From NCBI GenBank assembly GCA_963702425.1, contig CAVPCQ010000034.1:1-58661 (forward strand): 58,661 nucleotides of DNA, given 5' to 3'. Below, piece after piece: positions 1-8,358 of the stretch; the stretch's first letter is position 1; every line of letters begins with the position of its first letter. Below the pieces are notes generated by a model. The model was not told the DNA's origin. It was given only the letters and a program-made list of their open reading frames with translations, and made no database searches. A program made the translations under genes and the position numbers. Origin of the DNA: an uncultured Acidobacteriota bacterium (GTDB taxonomy: Bacteria > Acidobacteriota > Polarisedimenticolia > J045).

Positions 1-2374
1 CGCTGCAACGAACGCGGAAGCTGGTGCGACCGAGCCGGTCCGCGATGCCGACCGGAGCCATCTCGATCACGGTCCCGTCGAAGCTCCGGTCCGGATAGGC
101 AGTCAATCGCAGCTGGACCGGGAGCCCGGGGGCGACGTCGCCGATCTCGCTCTCCTGCACCCCGACGTCGGCGACCAGTCCACCATCGCCGGCCAGTTCC
201 AGCACCGTCCCGCCGGCGGGCACGAACTCGCCGATCCGCTGCTCCGGCCCGGGGCTGATGATCGTGCCCGCCGCCGGAGTGGTCAGGGCGCAGGCTGCGA
301 GCTTCCGTGCGACATCGTCGGCCAGCGCATGGAGGCGCAGAACCTCCGCGCGGGCGCCGGCGACGAGTTCCGGACGGGGGCCGCGCTCGACCAGCTGGAC
401 CTGCTGCGCGGCAGCCCGCAGCGCCGCTTCGCGCACCTCGAGGTCGCTCCCGACCTGTTCGAACGACTCGGCCGAGACCAGTCCCTCGCGCTGCAACCGG
501 CCCAGACGCGCCTGCTGGCTCCGCAGCCGGTTCACCTCGGTGCGGGCCGCAACCACGTCCTCGCGCGCCTGGCGCACGCGCTCGATCTCGGGCCCGCGCT
601 CGAGCAGGTCGAGGCCAGCCTGTGCGCGCTGCACGTCGGCGCGGGTCATCGCGAGCTGGGCCAGGAGGTCGCTGGTGTCGAGCCTCGCCACGACCTGCCC
701 GGCGGCGACGCGCTCTCCCTCGTGGACCAGGATCTCGGCGATCTTCCCCGAGACCTCGGGGCGGATCGCGACGCGGGCGCGCGCGTCGAGCGCCACGGGG
801 CCCGCGACCTTGAGCCGCACCGGCACGAGCGACAGCGCGACGCACGCGGTGCCAACCGCGGCCAGCTTGAGCGCGCCCAGCGGCGTCAGGCCGGCCAACG
901 CTCGGGCGCTCGCGCGCGCCAGCAGCGCGAGCGGCCGGCGCAGCATGACGAGCAGGCCGAGGGTGATCGCGGCCGGTCCCCAGAGCCCCGCGATCCGCGC
1001 CGCGTAGTGGTAGGCGACCGCGAACAGAAAGACGAAGACGGCGACGGTGTAGACCGCGGAGAGCAGCCCGTAGGCCAGCAGGAACAGCGCCGCGCGCCGC
1101 GTCGGCGCCGGTCCCTCGACTCGCCGGCCCGTGAGCTGCGCGACGACCCGCGCGACGAGCCGGCCCGCGGCCGCGCGCAGGTTCGGGATCCCGGAGAGGT
1201 CGGACAGCACGTAGTAGCCGTCGAGCTTGATCAGCGGGTTGAGATTGACCAGCACGCTCGTCGCACAGGCGGAGGCGAAGAGCACGGCGACGAAGCGTCC
1301 GAACCCCGGCGGCTGCACCCGCCAGGCGATGATCGCGGCGGAGGCCAGCCCGAGGTCCCAGAGCGGGCCCGCGAGCCCGACCAGCACGCGGTGCCGGCGC
1401 TCCCGCATCAGCCAGGCGTCGGAGACGTCGGCGTAGAGCGCGGGGATCGTGAAGAAGATCAGCAGGAAGCCCATCTCCTGCACGCGGCCGCCGTAGTGCT
1501 TGCAGGTCACGCCGTGGGCCATCTCGTGGAGCGCGGTGGCCACGAGGGCGGCGACGACGAACCCGAAGGTCCACCCCCAGCCGGGGACGACCGGCAGCGT
1601 CTCGAACAGCTCGCGCGTGTGTCGCAGGGCGAAGTAGCCCGCAAGGAGGACCAGGGCGGCGAAGGCCCCCGCGAAAGCCGGCGTGTAGACCCAGGAGAAG
1701 AGCGGGGCGATCCGCGAGAGCACCCGATCGGGGTCGACCAGCGGGACCTGGTAGTAGATCGCGCTCGTCGAGCGTGGTGGCGCCTCTTCCCGGGTGGGGC
1801 TGCCGAGCGCGCTGGCCGCGCCCGCCTGCAACAGGACCTGCCGCAGGGCGGCGGCCCGGGTGTGCCGCGGGTCGGCGGCGAGAATCTCGTCGAAGATCCG
1901 GAGCGCGGCGGCGAAGCGCCCCTCGCGCAGGCAGACGACGGCCTCCGCGAGGCGCTCGCCGGCAGGGTCGATCCGGGCGGGCAGGCCCGGCGGCCTGGGT
2001 GGCCCGGGGACGGTCAGCGCGAATCCGCCCTGCTCCAGGGCGGCGACGACTTTCTGGCCCAGCTCCGCCGAACGGGCCGGAACCACGGGACCGGTCGACT
2101 CCAGGAGCCCCTTGTCCCTCAGGTTGTCGAGGAAGTCCTGGACCTCGTCGAGCGCGAACTCCTGCGACCACTCGGTCGCCAACTCGACCTGGAGATCGAC
2201 CGGGGTGTGCTGCCCGTCCAGGCGATCGAGGATCGCCGCCTCGAGCGCGTCGAACCGGTAGTACCGCCGCGAACGCGGGTCCTTGACGATGCGGCCGGTC
2301 CCGGTCTCGCCGTCGGGCATGACGACGAGACCTGCGCGCAGTCGCGGAGCGACCGGGTCGGAGACGGCGGGCAA
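1..2374 (-). CDS. Fusion protein: N-terminal PqqD/RRE-like domain, TPR-like segment, M50 site-2 zinc metalloprotease, HlyD-type membrane fusion domain (3' end runs off the window)
   Basis: Hand translation of the minus strand from TTG 2374 (GAGGAG upstream): VKDPRSRRYYRFDALEAAILDRLDG...VQDFLDNLRDKGLL, then HEMAH and NLNPLIKLDGYY (M50 motifs), then IRPEVSGKIAEILVHEGESVAAGQVVARLD (lipoyl-like MFP motif). Absent from the ORF track because no stop codon is in the window. Confidence 0.85.
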   Translation of the reverse strand, partial: MPAVSDPVAPRLRAGLVVMPDGETGTGRIVKDPRSRRYYRFDALEAAILDRLDGQHTPVDLQVELATEWSQEFALDEVQDFLDNLRDKGLLESTGPVVPARSAELGQKVVAALEQGGFALTVPGPPRPPGLPARIDPAGERLAEAVVCLREGRFAAALRIFDEILAADPRHTRAAALRQVLLQAGAASALGSPTREEAPPRSTSAIYYQVPLVDPDRVLSRIAPLFSWVYTPAFAGAFAALVLLAGYFALRHTRELFETLPVVPGWGWTFGFVVAALVATALHEMAHGVTCKHYGGRVQEMGFLLIFFTIPALYADVSDAWLMRERRHRVLVGLAGPLWDLGLASAAIIAWRVQPPGFGRFVAVLFASACATSVLVNLNPLIKLDGYYVLSDLSGIPNLRAAAGRLVARVVAQLTGRRVEGPAPTRRAALFLLAYGLLSAVYTVAVFVFLFAVAYHYAARIAGLWGPAAITLGLLVMLRRPLALLARASARALAGLTPLGALKLAAVGTACVALSLVPVRLKVAGPVALDARARVAIRPEVSGKIAEILVHEGERVAAGQVVARLDTSDLLAQLAMTRADVQRAQAGLDLLERGPEIERVRQAREDVVAARTEVNRLRSQQARLGRLQREGLVSAESFEQVGSDLEVREAALRAAAQQVQLVERGPRPELVAGARAEVLRLHALADDVARKLAACALTTPAAGTIISPGPEQRIGEFVPAGGTVLELAGDGGLVADVGVQESEIGDVAPGLPVQLRLTAYPDRSFDGTVIEMAPVGIADRLGRTSFRVRCS

Positions 2375-2473
2375 GGGAGACTCCTCGGATTTCGTGCGGG
2401 ATCCGGCGCCGCCGGGCGGACGGCGTGGCACCCCCGGGGAATCTGGGTCCCGGGCAAAGCCGAGGCCAATCGG

Positions 2474-2884
2474 TCAGTCCTGCTCGGGTTTCCCGGGGTC
2501 GGCCGGCTTGGACTCCGGTGGGACCTCCCCTTCGTCGTCCTCTTCCGGCGCTGTCGAGACGACCGCCTTTACCAGGGCCAGCTTGCCCTGCCCGAGATCG
2601 CGCAGCGTCGCGTTCTCGACGACGTCCCCCTCGAAGACATCCTCCAGCACCGCCTGCTCGTCGCCGTCGAGCACGATCACGGCGTTGTCGGGGACGAGGA
2701 GGACGACCTCCCCGGCCTTGGGGTCCTTCACCGTCATCGAGCGCCCGTCGAGATCGACCGCCGCGACGACGCCGGAGATCGTCGCCGGCGGGGCACCGGC
2801 TGCCGAAATCGGCGGGGTGGCGAGCAGGACGGCAAGGGCAACCAGCGCGGCGACGAGCGGGACAGCGAAGCGGGGACAGGGCAT
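2474..2884 (-). CDS. Small secreted protein, probable OB-fold (DUF5666-like)
   Basis: Signal peptide, ISGVVAAVDLDGRSMTVK beta pattern, GAGGAG RBS, acidic tail. Confidence 0.65.
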   Translation of the reverse strand: MPCPRFAVPLVAALVALAVLLATPPISAAGAPPATISGVVAAVDLDGRSMTVKDPKAGEVVLLVPDNAVIVLDGDEQAVLEDVFEGDVVENATLRDLGQGKLALVKAVVSTAPEEDDEGEVPPESKPADPGKPEQD

Positions 2885-2971
2885 CAGGGGCTCCTCGGCC
2901 GTGCGGGGACGGCACCGGGGATGTTCGCCTCGGATGGTCCGGGGGGCAAACCGGCCGCGGTCCCGGGGTAC

Positions 2972-3006
2972 GAAAGGAAAGGGCCCCGCCCTTGCAGGCG
3001 GGGCCC
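2972..3006 (-). terminator. Intrinsic terminator of the OmpA-family gene
   Basis: GGGCCCCGCC-cttgca-GGCGGGGCCC hairpin (2981-3006) followed on the minus strand by TTTCCTTTC. Confidence 0.75.
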
Positions 3007-3026
3007 CGGGTCAGTTCACGCGGCGA

Positions 3027-3899
3027 CTACTTCCCGCGGCACTGCAGGGTGTAGGTCGCGCGGCGGTTCGGCTGGTTCTCGTCGATCGCCTGCTGGGTCT
3101 TGACCGTGGAAGGCACGATCACCAGCAGCTGCTCTTCGCCCCAGCTCTTGGTTTCGAAGTTGATGCCGTCCAGGCCGGCCTGGGCCTGCGTGGCGTCCAG
3201 CGTCGCCCGGGCGCGCTCGGCACCGAGGTTGAGGTTGTACTCGGTGGTCCCGAACGGATCGGTGTGGCCCTCGATCAGCACCATCTCGATGTCGCTCTTG
3301 AAGCTGGCGAGCTTGCCCGCGACGTACTTGACGTACTCCGCGCTCGAGCCGGTGATCAGCGACTTGTCGAAGTTGAACAGGATCTTCGGGTTCTTCGCGT
3401 CGCGCTGCAGCTCTTCCATGAACTGGACGCAGGCGGACGGGGCAGCGACCGGCGCAACGACCGTCAGCGCGCGCGACGAGACCAGCTTGACCGGCGAGCC
3501 GCTGGTGCAGGCCATCTCGGCCTCGACACGATACTTGCACGGTGGCAACGTGGCGTCGGCGGTGGCGGTCCCGGAGTACACGCCCGGGGTGGCCTCGGTC
3601 AGCGTCATCGACTTGGTGGTGCCGAGCGCGGTCCCCTCGATGCAGGTGAGCAGCGCGGTCACCGGGCCGGAGTTGGGTGTGCCCCGAACGCTGAGGGCGG
3701 AGGACGCGCCGACGTTGATCGTCCAGGGGTTCGCGTCGATCGCGTCGATCGCGCAAACCTTCGGCGGCGGTGGTGGCGGCGGCGGCGGCGGGACTTCTTC
3801 GATCGGCTTCTTGCAGGTACACCCGGTCGCACCGACCAGCAACATGGTCATGAGGACCATCGCGAGGGTCAGCGGCAGCACTTTCGAAACACGCTTCAT
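3027..3899 (-). CDS. OmpA/Pal-family peptidoglycan-binding lipoprotein, Cys-rich with a poly-Pro linker
   Basis: MKRVSK...GATGC lipobox-like signal; ILFNFDKS, LIEGHTDPFGTTEYNLNLGAERA and NRRA OmpA C-terminal motifs. Confidence 0.9.
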   Translation of the reverse strand: MKRVSKVLPLTLAMVLMTMLLVGATGCTCKKPIEEVPPPPPPPPPPKVCAIDAIDANPWTINVGASSALSVRGTPNSGPVTALLTCIEGTALGTTKSMTLTEATPGVYSGTATADATLPPCKYRVEAEMACTSGSPVKLVSSRALTVVAPVAAPSACVQFMEELQRDAKNPKILFNFDKSLITGSSAEYVKYVAGKLASFKSDIEMVLIEGHTDPFGTTEYNLNLGAERARATLDATQAQAGLDGINFETKSWGEEQLLVIVPSTVKTQQAIDENQPNRRATYTLQCRGK

Positions 3900-4268
3900 C
3901 GTCTGTCCTCTCCCCCGGGTCGGCCCGCGGTGCCGTCCCGGAATGTCCAAAAACTCATCCAAGTTCCCCAGCCGGGCCGCACGGCCCGGCTACCGATTCC
4001 GTTCGAACGGCCCCGCGCGGAGGCCGCAACTCCGTCCCGGGAAGGCCCGGAGACGAGGCCATGATACACATCCGGGGCGCTTTGCGGGGAGCGGCGGGCC
4101 GGTTTTCGCCCAAATCCCGATCTGCCACCCCCGGCCGTACGCCCGCGGGGCGCCGGACCCTCGTCACATGGTTCCGGGGCGCACCGTCTGCCGCGGCCTC
4201 TGGGGTGGCTGGCGCCCGGCCCTCCCGGGGGTAGCCTCTCCTGAGCCTCACCGCCCCCGGAGAATGTC

Positions 4269-5223
4269 GTGCCGCGAACCGATTTCCGCCCGCGCGCCGT
4301 CGTCGCGCTCGGCGGCAACGCGATCACCCGCCCCGGCGAGGAAGGGACGGTGGCGCAGGACCTGGCCAACCTGGGGCGCAGCCTCGAGGGGATCGCGACC
4401 CTGCTCGGGCGCGGCTACGCGCTGCTGCTCACGCACGGGAACGGCCCGCAGGTCGGGAACCAGATGATCCGCGTCGAGCTGTCGCGGGGCGCGGCGCCGG
4501 ACCTGCCCCTGGACGTGATGGGGGCCGACATCCAGGGGGGCCTTGGCTACATGATCGAGCGCGTGCTGCGCGACAAGCTGCGCGCGCGCGGCCTCGACCT
4601 CCCGGTCTGCTGCATGCTGTCGATGGTCGAGGTGCGGGCCGACGATCCCTCGCTGGCCGAGCCGACGAAGTTCGTCGGGCCGGTCTTCGACCTATCGCAG
4701 GTCGACGCCTGCCGCGCCCGCGGCTGGGTGATGAAGGAAGATCGCGGCCGCGGCTGGCGGCGCGTGGTCCCCTCCCCCGAGCCGATCGGGATCGTCGAGC
4801 GGCGCGAGTTGGCAACGCTGCTCGACGCCGGCGCCGTGGTGATCAGCGGCGGGGGCGGCGGAATCCCGGTCTGCCGCGCCGCGGACGGCACACTGGCCGG
4901 CTTCGAGGGGGTGATCGACAAGGACCATCGCGTCGGCGGTGCTGGCGCTGGAGATCGGCGCGCCCGAGCTGTTCATCCTCACGGGGGTCGAGCAGGTGAT
5001 GCTCGACTACGCCACGCCCGCGGCCCGCGCGGTGGCGCGGTTGACGGCGGCCGAGGCGCGCGGGCACCTGGCGGCCGGGCAGTTCCCGGCCGGCTCGATG
5101 GGGCCGAAGGTCGAGGCCGCCTGCCGGTTCGTCGAGCGCGGCGGGACGCGCTGCCTGATCACGGGGATCGATTCGCTGGTCGACGCGCTCGACGGGAAGA
5201 CCGGGACCTGGATCGTGCCCTGA
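4269..5223 (+). CDS. arcC: Carbamate kinase, with an apparent 1-nt frameshift near 4926 (likely sequence error)
   Basis: VVALGGNAI, THGNGPQVG, PTKFVGP, WRRVVPSPEP, GGGGIPV, EGVIDKD; continues in another frame ASAVLALEIGA...FPAGSMGPKVEAACRF...GTWIVP. Confidence 0.9.
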
Positions 5224-5231
5224 GCCGGGCG

Positions 5232-6659
5232 TCAGCCCCACAGCTCGCGCGGGTAGTCGCGGTAGACCGCGGCGAAGGCGCGCGGGTAGAGCGCGGCCGC
5301 GGTCAGGATGCGGGCCAGCTCCAGCGGCGGAACGGGGTGGTTGTGGGTGCGCAGCGGCGTCTTGTGCCCGCCCTCGGCGACCTGTCGGGCGAAGAGCGCG
5401 CAGAAGCGTCGCAGCGGGAGCGCGGTGGGCGTCAGCGGGTGCATGCAGTCGTGGAGCTCGTAGGGGTTGTCGACCCAGATCCGGTCGCGGATCGCCTCGT
5501 AGTCGGGGGTCCCGGGCGAGGGGGTGCAGACGGTGAACGAGAGCTGTGCGGGCGGCATCGCGCGGACATAGTCGGCCAGCAGCTCGAACTCCGCTTCGCC
5601 GCTCTCCGGCATCAGCATGAAGCCGGCGTGGACGGCGATCCCCTCGGCCCGCAGCGCGTCGTGGGCGCGCGCGTTGTCGGCGACGGTCGCCCCCTTGGCG
5701 ACGCGCTTGAGCTGCTCGTCGGTCGGGAACTCGAAGCCGACGAAGGCCGCATCGAGGCCGAGCGCGCGCCAGGTGCGGAAGATCTCGGGGTGCTTGAGGA
5801 CGCTCGTCGAGCGGGCCCAGGCGAAGTAGCGCTTCTTCACGCCGCGGCGGGCCAGGGCCTCGGCCAGCGCCAGCGCGAAGTCGGGGTCGATGAAGTTCTC
5901 GTCGTCGCAGAAGTAGACGTGGCCGGAGACGAGCGACGCGATCTCGTCGGCCACGTCGTCGGGCGGGCGCGGCAGATGCCGGCCGCCGCAGAGCGACGGC
6001 ACGATGCAGAAGGTGCATTTCATCCGGCAGCCCCACGAGGCGCGGACCATCGCCACCGGCGGGTCGATCGAGGTCCAGTCGGGAGCATCCTCGCGGACCC
6101 AGACGGCGTGGTAGCGCCGCGCATCCCAGAGGTCGCGGCGGGCCCGGGGCAGCGTCGCCGGGTCGGGGTAGGGCGGCCAGCCGGGGCTCTCGCTCGCGCC
6201 CGGAACCGCGACCTGCGGGATCCCGTCGAAGGGCTCGCCCGCCGCGGCGCGCTCGACGATCGCCCGGAAGGGGGTGCACCCTTCGCCGCGCACGACGGCG
6301 TCGAACGGCGGCGGGTCGTCGTTCAGGAAATCCTCGGGGGCGACCGTCGCGTGGTGGCCGCCGACGACCAGGCGCGCGGCCGGGAGCGCGGCCCGGGCTT
6401 CGCGCGCCAGGCGCTTCGCGTCGGAGGCTTCGTGCGAGTAGGCGGTGAAGCCGATCAGGTCGGGCCGGAAGCGGGTCAGCGCGCGGCGGTAGGCCAGCCC
6501 GGGGAAGCGCGCCAGGCGCAGGTCGAGGACGCGGACCTCGTGGCCGGGCGGGATGGCGGCGGCGACGTATCCGAGCTCCAGCGGCTCGAGCAGCTGGAAG
6601 CGCTGCAGCGCCCGGATCGGGGCGAGGCGCGGGCGGGGCTTGACGAGCAGGATGCGCAT
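5232..6659 (-). CDS. Cobalamin-dependent radical SAM enzyme (class B methyltransferase-like)
   Basis: N-terminal B12-binding domain (LEPLELGYVAA, LVVGGHHAT); GCRMKCTFC CxxxCxxC motif; TPSPGT. Confidence 0.9.
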   Translation of the reverse strand: MRILLVKPRPRLAPIRALQRFQLLEPLELGYVAAAIPPGHEVRVLDLRLARFPGLAYRRALTRFRPDLIGFTAYSHEASDAKRLAREARAALPAARLVVGGHHATVAPEDFLNDDPPPFDAVVRGEGCTPFRAIVERAAAGEPFDGIPQVAVPGASESPGWPPYPDPATLPRARRDLWDARRYHAVWVREDAPDWTSIDPPVAMVRASWGCRMKCTFCIVPSLCGGRHLPRPPDDVADEIASLVSGHVYFCDDENFIDPDFALALAEALARRGVKKRYFAWARSTSVLKHPEIFRTWRALGLDAAFVGFEFPTDEQLKRVAKGATVADNARAHDALRAEGIAVHAGFMLMPESGEAEFELLADYVRAMPPAQLSFTVCTPSPGTPDYEAIRDRIWVDNPYELHDCMHPLTPTALPLRRFCALFARQVAEGGHKTPLRTHNHPVPPLELARILTAAALYPRAFAAVYRDYPRELWG

Positions 6660-6691
6660 CGGGGCGATTGTCGCCGGTTCGGATCCGCCGG

Positions 6692-7333
6692 TCACTCTTT
6701 TTCGAGGAGGATGAGCAGGGCGAGCAGCTCGGCGAGGACCATCGCGGTGGCGCCCCAGACCTTCTCGCCCTCGACCTCGTAGAACGGGACGTCGTAGTCG
6801 CGCCCCTCGTACCGGCGGGTTTCGACCGCGCAGCGCGCCGGGTCGAGAAGCGTGTCCAGCGGCGCCTCGAGCACGCGCGCGACCTCCCGTGCGTGGGGCG
6901 CCCAGGTGCCGGCGGAACTCGCGATTCCGACGACCGTGTGCAGGGCGTACCCGCTGACTGGGATGTGCATCGCGGAGAGCCGGCCAAGCAGCCGCACCGA
7001 GGCGCGGTCGACGCCGACTTCCTCTTGCGCCTCGCGCAGTGCGGCGTCCTCGAAGGACTCGCCCGGCTCGACCTCGCCGCCGGGCAGCGAGATCTGGCCA
7101 CCGTGGTGGGGGAGATCGGCGGCGCGCACCGTGAGCAGCAGGTGCGGCGCACCGTCGCGCGGGTAGATCAGCGCCAGCGCCGCCGCGTCGCGCAGCCCCT
7201 CGGGAACCCGGCCGGGCTGCCAGCCGGGGCGCGGGGTTGGCGCCATCGCGCGCTGGGCCGCGGGTCCCGGGAGTGGGCCCGCGAGCGCGTGGGCGAGGCA
7301 GCGCTCGAGCGTGGCGAGGGTCAGCGGACGCAT
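6692..7333 (-). CDS. Nudix hydrolase, CoA pyrophosphatase (NudL/Pcd1) family
   Basis: LLLTVRAADLPHHGGQISLPGG, Nudix box ALREAQEEVG, C-terminal VWGATA. Confidence 0.9.
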   Translation of the reverse strand: MRPLTLATLERCLAHALAGPLPGPAAQRAMAPTPRPGWQPGRVPEGLRDAAALALIYPRDGAPHLLLTVRAADLPHHGGQISLPGGEVEPGESFEDAALREAQEEVGVDRASVRLLGRLSAMHIPVSGYALHTVVGIASSAGTWAPHAREVARVLEAPLDTLLDPARCAVETRRYEGRDYDVPFYEVEGEKVWGATAMVLAELLALLILLEKE

Positions 7334-7413
7334 CGCCGGCGAGGCTACCCCATCCGGCTGGCCGCGCGGCGTGCGACGCGGCAGACTCACCGGCCGGTCC
7401 CCGAGGAGCGCGC

Positions 7414-8343
7414 ATGTCCGATCGCCCCCGCCACGACGAGCTGATCCGCGCGCTGGCCCTGGACGGCCGCGCCCGGGTCGTCGCGGCCGACACCCACCGG
7501 ACGGTCGAGGAAATTCGGCGGATCCACGCCCCCTCCCCCCCGATGACCGCGGCCCTCGGCCGCGCCGCGACGGGCGCCCTGCTGCTCGCCGCGACGCTGG
7601 AGAAGGTGACGCACCGCGAGCCGGCGCTGACGCTGGAGATCGAGGGGAACGGCCCGGGCGGGCGGATCCTGGCGACGGCCTCCCCGGCCGGCTGGGTCCG
7701 GGCCACCGCCGCGCACCCGGAGGCCGACGCTCCGTCGCGCCCGGACGGCAAGCTCGATGTCGGTGCCGTCGTCGGCAAGGTCGGCGCGCTCGCGGTGACT
7801 CGCGACCTCGGAGCGGGGCAGCCGTACCGCGGCGTGGTCGACCTCGTTTCGGGCGAGATCGGCGAGGACCTCGCGCGCTACCTGCTGGACTCGGAGCAGA
7901 CGCCGTCGGCGGTCGGGGTCGGGGTCCGGCTCAACGGCGACGCGACGGTCGCCCAGGCTGGGGGGTACATGATCCAGCTCCTGCCGGGGGTACCCGAGGA
8001 GGAGGCCGCGGCGCTGGCCAAGCGCGTCCACGACCTGGGCATGATCACCGACCGGCTGCGCGAGGGGATCGGGCCCGAGGCCTGGCTGACGCGGCTCTTT
8101 CCGGACGGGGCCACGCTGCTGGCGCGGCAGCCGGTGGAGTTCCGTTGCGGCTGCTCGGCCGAGCGGGTCGAGCGGGCGCTGAAGCTGCTGGGCGCGCGCG
8201 AGGTCGCGCGGCTGATCGACGAGAAGCCGGACGAGCCGTCGATCGAGCTGACCTGCGGGTTCTGTCACAAGCGCTACGAGGTGCCGCGGGGCGACCTGGT
8301 GCGGCTGCTCGAGGAGATCCGGGCGGAGAGCGGCCACCGGTAG
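7414..8343 (+). CDS. hslO: Hsp33 redox-regulated chaperone
   Basis: YLLDSEQTPSAVG, AGGYMIQLLPG, zinc motif FRCGCS...CGFC; GAGGAG RBS. Confidence 0.95.
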   Translation: MSDRPRHDELIRALALDGRARVVAADTHRTVEEIRRIHAPSPPMTAALGRAATGALLLAATLEKVTHREPALTLEIEGNGPGGRILATASPAGWVRATAAHPEADAPSRPDGKLDVGAVVGKVGALAVTRDLGAGQPYRGVVDLVSGEIGEDLARYLLDSEQTPSAVGVGVRLNGDATVAQAGGYMIQLLPGVPEEEAAALAKRVHDLGMITDRLREGIGPEAWLTRLFPDGATLLARQPVEFRCGCSAERVERALKLLGAREVARLIDEKPDEPSIELTCGFCHKRYEVPRGDLVRLLEEIRAESGHR

Positions 8344-8358
8344 CGTCGCTCACCCGAG

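Noticed and set aside
258-3103. Long plus-strand ORFs (e.g. 329-3103) and many similar long ORFs across the window
   Set aside because: They are antisense or alternate-frame shadows of real genes in high-GC DNA: Arg/Gly/Pro-rich and without motifs.
5232-7778. 848-aa ORF as an N-terminally extended radical SAM fusion
   Set aside because: The upstream 373 codons overlap the Nudix and hslO genes; the real start is MRILLVKP at 6659.
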